Shown here piece by piece: positions 1-9,883 of a stretch of DNA of 64,000 bases (position 1 is its first letter; each line of letters begins with the position of its first letter). The stretch spans positions 11,012 to 75,011 of the forward strand of contig DATIFS010000075.1 in NCBI GenBank assembly GCA_035455105.1, written 5' to 3'. Origin of the DNA: Nitrosarchaeum sp. Its GTDB lineage: Archaea > Thermoproteota > Nitrososphaeria > Nitrososphaerales > Nitrosopumilaceae. The position numbers and the translations under genes were made by a program. Below the pieces are notes generated by a model that did not search any database, was not told the origin of the DNA, and saw only the letters and a program-made list of their open reading frames with translations.

Positions 1-585
1 TTCTCCCAATACTTGTTCTGGATTAACAATTCTCTCTCCAATTTTAATTTCTCTTCCATTTTGTAATTGATTCCATAATCTGCCTTCAGGAATCTCTAAA
101 GCCTTAGCTTTTTCTAGATTGAATCTACCCGGCTTATCCTTTTCTTCAAAGAGATAAGAATATGTGATAACAGAGTGATTTGCTTTACAAGCATATATTG
201 AATAAACTTTTGAATCAAATATTTTTCCTTCATTAACAATTGTAATCATTACTGGAAATGATAATCCAAAATTTAACACTTTGATATTTGCAGCTATAAA
301 TTCTTCAATTCCATTTGGTCCATAGATTTCCAAGGGCTCAGTTCTATGTTGCATTGTCATTGTTTGAAGTAATCCTAATAATCCAATACAATGATCTCCA
401 TGAAGATGTGTAACAAAAATTTTCATTTTCTTATTCCAACCCAAACCTGATTTTAGATAAGAAATCTGTGCAGCTTCCCCTGCATCAAACATCAGAATTT
501 CTCCATCTCTTTCTAGACAAATACATGTCAATCCTCTATTTTCTGTAGGTTGGGCAGCTGAAGTTCCTAAAAATACTAATCTCAT
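1..585 (-). CDS. rnz: Ribonuclease Z (tRNA 3'-processing), 5' part only; runs off the window edge
   Basis: Manual translation from ATG at 585 gives [21 protein letters not shown]...FDAGE...[10 protein letters not shown] (metallo-beta-lactamase HxHxDH motif). It overlaps the upstream stop as ATGA. Absent from the ORF track. Confidence 0.93.
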   Translation of the reverse strand, partial: MRLVFLGTSAAQPTENRGLTCICLERDGEILMFDAGEAAQISYLKSGLGWNKKMKIFVTHLHGDHCIGLLGLLQTMTMQHRTEPLEIYGPNGIEEFIAANIKVLNFGLSFPVMITIVNEGKIFDSKVYSIYACKANHSVITYSYLFEEKDKPGRFNLEKAKALEIPEGRLWNQLQNGREIKIGERIVNPEQVLGE

Positions 586-1529
586 TTTATTAAAATTATT
601 CTTGTCAAGCTTTTATGCCTATAGATTTCATATTTCTTTATTGGATTAATATTCAATTTTTTTTCAAACCCTTTTTTACACATAATGGCTAATTTCTTAC
701 GTTTAGGCAATATTGATACAAATTTTTTTAATAATTCTTCAGGATTTTCTGATGATTTAGATGCAGTTCCGTATGGCAAATCTGTGACAATTCCATCAAA
801 TTTTTCTACCATCTTCGTTAATTGACTAAAATCTCCTTTGATTATTTCTGATTTGTATCCGTTTATCTCTAAATTATCTTTAGACATTTTATACATTTTT
901 TCATCAAAATCTAATCCAATTGCATGAATTCCCATTGACTCAGCTTCTAATAATGTAGTTCCAGTTCCACAAAATGGATCACAAACAACCTCTCCTTCTT
1001 TTAATCCAATTAAATTTATCATTGCTCTTGTAAGTTTCCAATCTAACTCATGTGGGTATTTTTTAATTTTTATTGGTCTTTTTTTAGTTTCAAATCTTTT
1101 TGAAAACCCAAAAAAATTTTCTTGGTTTGTAAAAATTAAATATATTGTAATATCTGGATTCTCAAGAGACACTTGAGCTTTGGAAAATTTTGATATCATA
1201 TCTCCCATCGATCTTTCTAATTCAGGAACATTAAATTGATTTGAAGATAAATTAACTATTCTACAAACAAAAGTTTTTGCATTCTTTAAAACTTCAAAAT
1301 TATCTTCGTCTAAAAATAATCCTGACATTTTACGTAGAATTTGACCAGAAATTTTTACAAATGTTGCACGTTTTGTAATTTCTTCCCAATTTGTTTTTGA
1401 TTGAATTATTACTAAATTTAATAACACTCTAACTTTTGTAAACCTATCATACATTTTTGCAATTGATATCACTTCATCAATTGCAATTTCTAGATTATCT
1501 TTAGATAAAACAAAAAAACTTTCTGGCAT
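582..1529 (-). CDS. trm11: THUMP-domain SAM-dependent RNA methyltransferase (Trm11/TrmG10-like, tRNA m2G10)
   Basis: DPFCGTGT motif I and TDLPYG motif IV, preceded by an N-terminal THUMP-like region. Confidence 0.75.
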   Translation of the reverse strand: MPESFFVLSKDNLEIAIDEVISIAKMYDRFTKVRVLLNLVIIQSKTNWEEITKRATFVKISGQILRKMSGLFLDEDNFEVLKNAKTFVCRIVNLSSNQFNVPELERSMGDMISKFSKAQVSLENPDITIYLIFTNQENFFGFSKRFETKKRPIKIKKYPHELDWKLTRAMINLIGLKEGEVVCDPFCGTGTTLLEAESMGIHAIGLDFDEKMYKMSKDNLEINGYKSEIIKGDFSQLTKMVEKFDGIVTDLPYGTASKSSENPEELLKKFVSILPKRKKLAIMCKKGFEKKLNINPIKKYEIYRHKSLTRIILIK

Positions 1530-2458
1530 TATATTATTGCCTTTGCAATTGTGCTTGAAACATCAACTAAAGATGTTTTTCCAGGAATTGTGTTTGTGCT
1601 AATTATTTTTGTCACGCCTGCTCTTTTAATTTTCTTTTCAGCATTATTTCTAAGTAATGCATGTGTACAAGCAACATATACACGCCTACATTTTTGCTTT
1701 TTAAGAAATTCTGTAGCTTTGATAATACTACCACCCGTACTAATCATATCATCTACTAAAATCAAATCTCTACCTGCTATATTATTAAAATTTATAGAGT
1801 TAATTCTTACCTTTCCAGTTTTGCGATCACGTTGTTTTTCAAGAGATATGGATTCTATGTTAAGAAACTTAGCAAATTCTTTTGCTCTTTCTTTTCCACC
1901 TTGATCTGGAGAAACAACTAAAGGATTTTTTAATTTTAACTTTGAAAAATATTTTGCTAGATCTGGAATTGCAGTAATATTTTTTGTTTTTATATTAAAA
2001 TACTTTAATCCCATCATACTATGAATATCTATTACAATAATCTTTGACGTTCCTACACTTTTGAATAAATCTGCAATTACTTTCATTGTAATTACTTCTC
2101 CGGGTAAAAACTCTCTATCTTGACGGGCATAACCCATGTATGGTATTACTGCAATAACTTCAGTTCCGTACTCTTTTGCTTTTGAAATTATTGATAGTGT
2201 TTGAATAAGTTTTTCATCTACAGGTGGATATGTTGATTGAACAACAATGATTTTCTTTTTTTGAGGTTTTTTCATAAGTGTAATTTTACTTTCACCATCT
2301 GGAAAAACTCTTAATTGCGATTTAATCAAATTTGCACCTAATTTTTTTGCCAATTTTTTTGCTAAATCTTCAGATGAACTTCCAGATACAACAGTAAATT
2401 TTGTCAATAGTTCAACGGTGACAAAGGGGTTCTTAAATTTTGAGGGCTTACTGATCAA
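1529..2458 (-). CDS. prs: Ribose-phosphate pyrophosphokinase; probable true start is TTG at 2407
   Basis: FPDGE, PYMGYARQD, VSPDQGG and VDDMISTGGS PRPP-binding motifs. Confidence 0.95.
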   Translation of the reverse strand: MISKPSKFKNPFVTVELLTKFTVVSGSSSEDLAKKLAKKLGANLIKSQLRVFPDGESKITLMKKPQKKKIIVVQSTYPPVDEKLIQTLSIISKAKEYGTEVIAVIPYMGYARQDREFLPGEVITMKVIADLFKSVGTSKIIVIDIHSMMGLKYFNIKTKNITAIPDLAKYFSKLKLKNPLVVSPDQGGKERAKEFAKFLNIESISLEKQRDRKTGKVRINSINFNNIAGRDLILVDDMISTGGSIIKATEFLKKQKCRRVYVACTHALLRNNAEKKIKRAGVTKIISTNTIPGKTSLVDVSSTIAKAII

Positions 2459-2546
2459 GATGGTTGATAGAACCTTTTAAAACATTAATTGATTTCTTTG
2501 ATTGAAATTTATGAAATTTAATTCACATCATATATTATTTAGAAAA

Positions 2547-3851
2547 TTAATTAGGATTAGTTTCTCCTATGTGTAACGATTTCCTATTAAAAATTACGTA
2601 AAATAATATCCCTGCTGCTATGATCCCAAGTCCTACCAAAATAACTTCCAATTCAAACTGAATTGCCATATACCCTGAAATTCCCAATCCAAACATTGGT
2701 AAAACTGGAAATTTACCAATATTGATAGGAATCTTGAATTTTCGTTCAATATCTGGTTGAGTGAATCTAAGAACAATTACTACCAAATTAACTACTGCAA
2801 AAGTAACTATGACTGCAAAAACTGTTATGTTTGCAACAATTACAATATCGCCAATAAAAGAAAAACCAACAGCTACTATCATAATTACAATAATCGCCAC
2901 CCATGGTGTTTTCGTTTTAGAATGAACTTTTACAAGAATATTTGGAAACGACTTATCTCTTGCCATTCCATACATCATTCTTGCACCAGCTATCAATGTA
3001 ATCAAAACTGTATTTGTTATAGCAAAAAGTGCAATACTGGAAAATATTGTATGGCCTTGTGTACCTAAGCCTCTTTTTACTACATCTGCTAATGGTGCAG
3101 ATGATGATGAAAGATCTTCCCAATTAATTACTCTAACCACTGCTAATGAAACCAATACATAGATTATTCCAGATATCATGACTGCCAAAATTATTGCTCT
3201 TGGAATTGTTTTTTTGGGATTTCTCACCTCTTCTGCAACATTTGCCATGTCTTCAAATCCAATAAACGCAAAAAAAATCAATACAAATGCAATGATTATT
3301 CCTGTAAATCCTGTTGGACTTTCAAAATAATCAACTGGCTCAGGTTCACTAATGGTAAAACCAATTATAATAACTAGAATCAATCCTGCAGCTTCAATTA
3401 TTGTAAAAACTGTATTTGTCCAAGATGCTTCTTTAATCCCTATGAAATTTACTATCGAAAGTATTCCTATTAACACAATTGCAGATATAACTATTGGAAT
3501 ATTCAAAAATTCTGAGAAATAGCCACCAAATCCCAAGGCAACAGTTGCTGCCGTAATCATAGATGTAATTACTGTTAACCATCCAATAATAAAAGCAAAA
3601 AAATTATTTTTAAATGCATTTTTTACAAATGTATACTCTGCAGCTGCTTTCGGGAAAATTGATGATAATTCTGCATAGCTTAATCCTGCAAATAATGCAA
3701 CAATAGCTCCTAGCACAAATGCAATCCATACAGCAGCCCCAGCTAAACCTGCAGCTTCCCCAATCAATACATAAATTCCAGCACCAAGAATTAATCCTAC
3801 TCCATACATAGTAAGATGAAAAAGTCCCATCCCTCGCTTTAATTCAGACAT
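2547..3851 (-). CDS. APC-family amino acid permease
   Basis: GLILGAGIY (TM1) and FFAFIGFE (TM6) motifs; about 12 hydrophobic segments. Confidence 0.9.
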   Translation of the reverse strand: MSELKRGMGLFHLTMYGVGLILGAGIYVLIGEAAGLAGAAVWIAFVLGAIVALFAGLSYAELSSIFPKAAAEYTFVKNAFKNNFFAFIIGWLTVITSMITAATVALGFGGYFSEFLNIPIVISAIVLIGILSIVNFIGIKEASWTNTVFTIIEAAGLILVIIIGFTISEPEPVDYFESPTGFTGIIIAFVLIFFAFIGFEDMANVAEEVRNPKKTIPRAIILAVMISGIIYVLVSLAVVRVINWEDLSSSSAPLADVVKRGLGTQGHTIFSSIALFAITNTVLITLIAGARMMYGMARDKSFPNILVKVHSKTKTPWVAIIVIMIVAVGFSFIGDIVIVANITVFAVIVTFAVVNLVVIVLRFTQPDIERKFKIPINIGKFPVLPMFGLGISGYMAIQFELEVILVGLGIIAAGILFYVIFNRKSLHIGETNPN

Positions 3852-3910
3852 TTTAATTCTTCAATAGTTTGTAAAGCAAATTAATCAATTTATACAAAAA
3901 TAATTTTTAT

Positions 3911-4762
3911 TCAATACAATTCCTTGTATTTTGACTTTATTTCTTCATGTTGACCTACAATAGAAAAAGCTCTTACTACATCAGTTTTACTCACAATTCC
4001 AACCAAATTATGACTAGAATTCACTACTGGAATTCCACCGACCTTGTTTTTTATCATTTTATTCGCTGCTACTGCAAGATCATCTTCTTCATTTACAGTT
4101 AAAAGTTCATCCGACAATAAATCATCCACTGTAAATTTCTCTCTATTTATTGGAAGTAAATAATCTCTAGATCGTGTATTGCCTTTAGTAAAATAATCAC
4201 TATGTGTTAACAATGTATTTGTACTAATAAGTCCAACAGGATTTCCATTCTCATCAGTTACAACCAATCTTGAAACTTGATTTTTATTCATTAAACTCAA
4301 TGCAAATTTAAGAGAATCAGTTCTTCTACAAGTGACCACTTTTTTATTCATAAAATTTTTTACTAAATATTTTCCACCAAATACACTGGCATAAGATTTT
4401 GTCAAATCTGTTCTTGAAACAATACCTATCAATTCTCCATCATCATTAACAAGAACCACTGATCCAATTTTGAAAGTTTCCATTCTTGCTGCACATTGAT
4501 CAAAATGATCTTCTGTTCTATCAGTTATGCTAATTACATTTTTTTGCATTACATGTTTAATTGGAATTTCATCTAATGCATGTACAGTTTTATCATCTCC
4601 AAGAAATCTATTGATATCTCTTTCAGTAACAATTCCAACAGGAATATTTTTAACAGTAACCACTATATGTTTAATAAAATTTGTTTGCATTTGTAATAAT
4701 ACATCAAAAATTGATGAATCTGGCTGAACCGTAATAACAGGTGATGAATACTTTACTTCCAT
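3911..4762 (-). CDS. Four-CBS-domain protein
   Basis: Repeated P-V-G-I-V-T/S-xxD CBS motifs (PVGIVTERD, LIGIVSRTD, PVGLISTNT, LVGIVSKTD). Confidence 0.9.
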   Translation of the reverse strand: MEVKYSSPVITVQPDSSIFDVLLQMQTNFIKHIVVTVKNIPVGIVTERDINRFLGDDKTVHALDEIPIKHVMQKNVISITDRTEDHFDQCAARMETFKIGSVVLVNDDGELIGIVSRTDLTKSYASVFGGKYLVKNFMNKKVVTCRRTDSLKFALSLMNKNQVSRLVVTDENGNPVGLISTNTLLTHSDYFTKGNTRSRDYLLPINREKFTVDDLLSDELLTVNEEDDLAVAANKMIKNKVGGIPVVNSSHNLVGIVSKTDVVRAFSIVGQHEEIKSKYKELY

Positions 4763-4798
4763 ATTGTATCACTCTTATTTTCTGATTTAAAATAGAAC

Positions 4799-4811
4799 TT
4801 TGATTATCAAA
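4799..4811. promoter_or_regulatory. Inverted repeat TTTGAT-T-ATCAAA upstream of the CBS gene promoter; candidate operator
   Basis: Perfect 6-bp arms, located just upstream of a TATA-like TTTTAAAT on the minus strand. Confidence 0.3.
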
Positions 4812-4846
4812 CATGATTACAGTAAAATGAAAATGGGGTTTATTTA

Positions 4847-5224
4847 TTAAATATTGGGAACAACTTCAACTTCTATGTTGCCACCGTTAAATGATGTAGC
4901 TATGGCCTTGACTCTACTCTTGTATAGAAAATATTTCTTACCATCCTCACTTATGGAACCAGAAATTCCGAGTAATTTGTTATCGTGTAAAGTTTGCAGT
5001 CTTCTATAAACAGTACTTATCGGAATTTTAGTTTCAGCACTTATTTCCATTGCAGATTTTGGTTTTTCCATAGAGTTTTCTAAAATAGCTCTACAATATT
5101 TATCAGATATTACTTCAAGAATAGCGTCTTTCTTGAAATCATCTTCTATTTTTCTTCCTGAAATTAATTGTTGCATATACACTATATGACAATTTTTCTT
5201 ATAACAAGTAAGAATACAGTGCAA
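4847..5224 (-). CDS. ArsR-like winged-HTH transcriptional regulator; probable start MQQLIS at 5176
   Basis: KSAMEISAETKIPISTVYRRLQTL HTH followed by a wing. Confidence 0.85.
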   Translation of the reverse strand: MHCILTCYKKNCHIVYMQQLISGRKIEDDFKKDAILEVISDKYCRAILENSMEKPKSAMEISAETKIPISTVYRRLQTLHDNKLLGISGSISEDGKKYFLYKSRVKAIATSFNGGNIEVEVVPNI

Positions 5225-5235
5225 TGCAATGCACT
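5218..5235. promoter_or_regulatory. Palindrome AGTGCA-N6-TGCACT between the divergent HTH and LDH/MDH genes
   Basis: Sequence AGTGCAATGCAATGCACT, with 6-bp arms and an internal TGCAA repeat. Confidence 0.35.
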
Positions 5236-5349
5236 TTTTTAGGCATAAATTTTACTCTAAAAATATTATATGAGATTTAAATTGGAGATTTTTGTTGTTT
5301 TAAACAATTTGTCTTATAGTTATTTCAAAATAAAAGGGATGAAACTGAA

Positions 5350-6252
5350 ATGATCTCTATAATAGGCAGTGGTCAAGTTGGTAGTGCAATTGCTTTTCTT
5401 TGTATATCTAATTCATTAGATGATGTTCTATTAGTAAATCGTACAAAGAATAAAGCAATTGGTGAAGCTTTAGATATATCCAATGCAGTACCTGAAAAAT
5501 CTAGTGTTTCAATTCATGGAACAGATGATTTCTCTAAAATAAGTGGTTCTGATATTATTGTAATTACAGCTAGTACAGGAACATATCTGAAAGATAGAAC
5601 AGAAATGATGAGTGCTCAAGTTAAAATGATTAAAGAAATTGCGAATAAAATAAAAATATACTGTCCTTCTGCAATTATATTAGTAGTTTCAAACCCTCTA
5701 GATGTTCTTACATATATTTTTCAAAAAGAAACTAAATTATCAAGAAATAAAATAATTGGAGTTGCATCAAGTTTAGATTCTAGTAGATTTAGGTATTTAC
5801 TTTCAGAAACTTTCAATGTTAAACAATCTCAAATTACAGATGCCTTAGTCCTAGGTGAACATGGTGATTCTATGGTACCAATATTTTCAAGAGTAAAAAT
5901 TAATGGAGAAAATATGTCTAAAATGATTAATGATTTAGAAAAAAAAAGAATTTCAACAGAAATTCGAGATTACTGGAAATCTCTAAGACTTTACAAAAGT
6001 AGATCACAATTTGGTATTGCAAAGAATACTTTTGATATTATTAGAACAATTATTGAAAATGATGAGATAGTTATACCAGCGTCAATTGTATTAAATGGTG
6101 AATACGGTGAAAAAGATGTTTCAATTGGAATCCCTGTAAAAATAAACAAAAATGGGGTTAAAGAAATTATAGAAATAAAATTAGAAGAGTCTGAAAGTAA
6201 ATTATTAAAAATATCATCACAAACTATACAAAATTATATAAAATCACTTTGA
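5350..6252 (+). CDS. Lactate/malate dehydrogenase family protein, divergent
   Basis: GSGQVG Rossmann motif, SNPLD, LDSSR and GEHGDS catalytic motifs; the specificity loop is atypical. Confidence 0.88.
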   Translation: MISIIGSGQVGSAIAFLCISNSLDDVLLVNRTKNKAIGEALDISNAVPEKSSVSIHGTDDFSKISGSDIIVITASTGTYLKDRTEMMSAQVKMIKEIANKIKIYCPSAIILVVSNPLDVLTYIFQKETKLSRNKIIGVASSLDSSRFRYLLSETFNVKQSQITDALVLGEHGDSMVPIFSRVKINGENMSKMINDLEKKRISTEIRDYWKSLRLYKSRSQFGIAKNTFDIIRTIIENDEIVIPASIVLNGEYGEKDVSIGIPVKINKNGVKEIIEIKLEESESKLLKISSQTIQNYIKSL

Positions 6253-6260
6253 ATAATTTT

Positions 6261-6944
6261 TTATTTAACTAAAAAATTCAATCCAAATCCTACGAAATAA
6301 GCAACAAATGATGCTGATCCACCAATAATTAATGTATAAAATCCTGATTTAATTTTTGATTTTTTAACTATTTTTCCTTTAATCATACCTACCAAAAAAA
6401 ATGAAGCGATTACTGATATTGTTGAATAAACAAACGCATCTGGATTTGTTGTATTTCCAATAAAAATAAAAATCATAAATGGAATTAATGGAATTAATCC
6501 AACCAAATTAAATCCAATAAAAGTGCTAACAGAACTATCTAATGGATTTTTTTCATTATCTATTAATCCTAATTCTTCTTTCATCATTGTATCTACCCAA
6601 ACTTTTCGTCTTGATGTAATTATTCGAACAATTTCCTCTAAAAATTCATCTTTGAATCCTTTCTTTTTGTAAATCTCTCTGATCTCATCTTTTTCCTGCT
6701 CAGCCATGTTATCAATTTCCCATTCTTCTTGTTTTCTTTTCATTTCAATGAATTGATTTCTAGCTTTTACTGATTGGAAATTTGCTGCAGCCATTGAAAA
6801 TCCATCTGCAAATAAATTAGCAAATCCAAGAATCAAAACAATATTTGGGGATAATGAAGCGCCAATAACTCCTGCAATAACTGCAAAAGTTGTAACTGCA
6901 CCATCAATAGAACCATAAATAAGATCCTCGAAATGTAATTTCAT
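6261..6944 (-). CDS. VIT1/CCC1 family Fe/Mn transporter
   Basis: IYGSIDGAVTTFA and NLFADGFSMAA signatures, plus a cytosolic E-rich metal-binding region. Confidence 0.9.
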   Translation of the reverse strand: MKLHFEDLIYGSIDGAVTTFAVIAGVIGASLSPNIVLILGFANLFADGFSMAAANFQSVKARNQFIEMKRKQEEWEIDNMAEQEKDEIREIYKKKGFKDEFLEEIVRIITSRRKVWVDTMMKEELGLIDNEKNPLDSSVSTFIGFNLVGLIPLIPFMIFIFIGNTTNPDAFVYSTISVIASFFLVGMIKGKIVKKSKIKSGFYTLIIGGSASFVAYFVGFGLNFLVK

Positions 6945-6988
6945 AGTTATTTAGAATATTTTTGGCTTCATATCTTTTTAAAATGTAT

Positions 6989-7828
6989 TCAAATTTTAAT
7001 AGCTTTTAGAATATCTGTTTTGCTAATTATTCCAGCAATTGAATTATTTCCATCAAGTACTGCTAAACCACTAATATTATTTTCTAAGATTAGTTTACAG
7101 GCACTTTTCAAATTATCATCAAATCTTATCGAGATTATCCCCTTACTCATTACATCTCGTGCCAATGAAATACCTCCAAATCCTTCCTCAGAAAGAAACC
7201 CCCTCCTTATTTGTTCTGAAATAGTAAAACCAGAATCATCTTCCTCACTTCCTAGCTCAATAGAAATTCTAAATAAATCTCTAAATGAAATTATGCCTAC
7301 AGGTTTTTCATTTTGATCCTTTACAATAATTCTTGATATTTTATTTTCTAACATTTTTCTTACAACTTTGAATAATGGTGCTGCCGTATGGGTGAATACA
7401 TATTCATGTGTCATAAAATCAACCACTTTATTATTTTCTGAGTAATTTTCGTAATAATATTTTACAAGATCAGTCTTTGTAAAAATTCCATCAATTTCAT
7501 CTTTTGTTCCTATAGCTAAAGAACTAACTCCCTTTTCAAGCATTATTTCTGCTGATTTTTCAGGTGTTGAATTATCTTCTATAAATAAAATTGGTTTGAT
7601 AATTTTATTAATCATTATATCGTCTAATCCTTGTTTTGTAGTTTCAGAAAAAAGAAACAACCCAATATCTTTCTCAGTTATGATGCCTATAGGTTTTCCA
7701 TATTCTACAACAATTAATCTACTAAGATTATTTTCTAACAGTTTTTTAATAATATCTGACACTGTTGAATTCTTTAGAATAGAAATTGGTTTTTTACAAA
7801 TATCAATAACTGACATCATATGATGCAA
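6989..7828 (-). CDS. Four-CBS-domain protein (paralogue of 3911..4762)
   Basis: PIGIITEKD, DGIFTKTD, PVGIISFRD and AGIISKTD motifs. Confidence 0.9.
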   Translation of the reverse strand: MHHMMSVIDICKKPISILKNSTVSDIIKKLLENNLSRLIVVEYGKPIGIITEKDIGLFLFSETTKQGLDDIMINKIIKPILFIEDNSTPEKSAEIMLEKGVSSLAIGTKDEIDGIFTKTDLVKYYYENYSENNKVVDFMTHEYVFTHTAAPLFKVVRKMLENKISRIIVKDQNEKPVGIISFRDLFRISIELGSEEDDSGFTISEQIRRGFLSEEGFGGISLARDVMSKGIISIRFDDNLKSACKLILENNISGLAVLDGNNSIAGIISKTDILKAIKI

Positions 7829-7961
7829 ATATAGTTTCTATAAAAACAGATGATATAATTTTCAGTAATGAATGTAAAATATTCAATTCGTTATCTAAAC
7901 AAGAATCTCATTTATGGAAATCATGCTATTTTTATATATCTGAATAACTAGTAACGTTATC

Positions 7962-8384
7962 ATGGCAAAATTTAACAAAATCCTTGTTCCACTAGATGGT
8001 TCTCCTAATTCCAATAGGGGATTAGATAGAGCAATTGAAATTGCAAAAGATAGTGGTGCTGAAATTACTGGATTTTATGTATTTCATTTGCCGCTGGCTG
8101 CAGGAATAAAATATACACAAAAAATGAAAGATGATGCACAAACAAAAGCCATCAAAGCAATTGGACCTGCAATGAAACGTACACAAAAAGCAGGTGCATC
8201 ATTCAAATACAAAACTGGAGGCGGTCATACTGGTTCTGAGATTGTCAAATTTGCAGAAAAAGGAAAATATGATATGATTGTAATTGGTGCTCGAGGTATG
8301 GGAGGTGCTAAAGAAGCATTTCTAGGAAGTACTTCAAATTATGTCATGCATAAAACAAAAATTCCTGTCTTAGTGGTAAAGTAA
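7962..8384 (+). CDS. Universal stress protein (UspA family)
   Basis: KILVPLDGS at the N-terminus; IVIGARG...FLGSTS...PVLVV at the C-terminus. Confidence 0.95.
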   Translation: MAKFNKILVPLDGSPNSNRGLDRAIEIAKDSGAEITGFYVFHLPLAAGIKYTQKMKDDAQTKAIKAIGPAMKRTQKAGASFKYKTGGGHTGSEIVKFAEKGKYDMIVIGARGMGGAKEAFLGSTSNYVMHKTKIPVLVVK

Positions 8385-8558
8385 TCAACCTAAATAACAC
8401 AATTAATTTTTTAAAATCTTTTAAGATAATCTTATTCTATAATTTCACTGTGTTTTTCAGATCTAATAGATTCATCTTAATGAGCATCCTTGATATTTTG
8501 TATTGTGAAACCTAAAAGTATAGGAAATATGAGAAGAATAACCAAAAACTGAGATATT

Positions 8559-9710
8559 ATGGTGGAAAATAACTATGACATATTAGGAATTACTGAAAAC
8601 TCAACTGAGATCGATATTCGTAATGCATTTAGGCGATTAGCACTTCAATATCATTCTGATAGGGGAGGAGAAAATGAACAATTCATTAAAATCAAACAAG
8701 CATACGAAGATCTCAAAATCGGCAAAAAATATCCTGAAACAGATTTAGAAAAACTTAGAAATTCTAGAGTTTATTCAGCTGATTCCGAAGAAGATATTAG
8801 AAGAAAAAATCAAATTTTAGGCCAAGAGCTGTTTAAAGAAATGAAGGCAGCTGAAGAATGGGCAATAAATTTGAATAAAACAAATTCTACAGGTACTAAA
8901 CTATTTGGTTCAAAAACTCTTGGAGAAATTGAACTTGAAAGAAAAGCTAACGGTACACTTTCAATCAAAGGAAATTTCATGGCAGGTAATCTAACTTATG
9001 ATGGATCTATTATCATGCAAGGAAATATTACAAGTCCATCTTGGACTGAAGAATTTAGAACAAACATTCACCTCACAAAAGGTGATTTTAAATTTATTAA
9101 TCCACTTGAAAATAAATATAAAATTGAGAATGGTTCTCAAATAATTGTTGAAAATGGTGATGTTGTAGTTGGTAATATTTTTGGTAGAAAATATAAAATT
9201 CCAGATTCTATAAAAGTTGGAATTTATGAAACTAAAGAACAACGAACTCATATATCTGCATTAAAAGGAAAAATTATAGCTGAAAATATTGTTAATACAG
9301 TTTCTCTTGAGGCTGATTCTATTATAGCTCTTAATCTGGAAGATGATGTTCAAATTAATGCAAGAGAAATTTTATTGTATGGAAACAAAATTACCTATAA
9401 TGTAATAATTAAATTAAAAAAAAATGGTATGATAAGATTTTTTGAAAATTTTTCAATTCAAAGTCTTAGTAATGATGCAATTATTCAACTTGAAAATGGT
9501 AAAAAAATTAGATTATTTGATATAAAAACCAAAAAAATTAAGGATTTAGCAGACGAATTTGTACCTAACAAAAATGAATATGAAAAAAATGCTACAATGG
9601 TAGGTAATGGATTTACTATTACATATGAAATGTTAGATAATTTATCAAAAAAACCTACAAAAAATCAAAATACTAAACATGATTCTAAATTTGGATTCTT
9701 TAGAAGATAA
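8559..9710 (+). CDS. J-domain (DnaJ-like) protein with an HSD motif and an uncharacterised beta-rich C-terminus
   Basis: NYDILG...IRNAFRRLALQYHSDRGG...FIKIKQAYEDL. Confidence 0.8.
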   Translation: MVENNYDILGITENSTEIDIRNAFRRLALQYHSDRGGENEQFIKIKQAYEDLKIGKKYPETDLEKLRNSRVYSADSEEDIRRKNQILGQELFKEMKAAEEWAINLNKTNSTGTKLFGSKTLGEIELERKANGTLSIKGNFMAGNLTYDGSIIMQGNITSPSWTEEFRTNIHLTKGDFKFINPLENKYKIENGSQIIVENGDVVVGNIFGRKYKIPDSIKVGIYETKEQRTHISALKGKIIAENIVNTVSLEADSIIALNLEDDVQINAREILLYGNKITYNVIIKLKKNGMIRFFENFSIQSLSNDAIIQLENGKKIRLFDIKTKKIKDLADEFVPNKNEYEKNATMVGNGFTITYEMLDNLSKKPTKNQNTKHDSKFGFFRR

Positions 9711-9883
9711 TTTAAGAAAATTTAATCTAAATTCTATTCATTCCTAAACATAATTTATTTTAAAAATAAAAAATTTTTAATAGAATTTAATTATAGATAT
9801 GCAATTTTATTCATATAAAATATGTAATATAGTCATAAAATCCTCGAAGAATTGATATTCTTATAAGATTAACAAAAACTGAA

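Noticed and set aside
1551-1904. Antisense ORFs in the track (e.g. 1551..1904, 2757..3068, 7020..7316, 26614..26982, 29295..29669, 37357..37731, 45860..46207, 51399..51803, 53335..53700)
   Set aside because: They lie entirely opposite well-supported genes, have no motifs, and show shadow-ORF composition.
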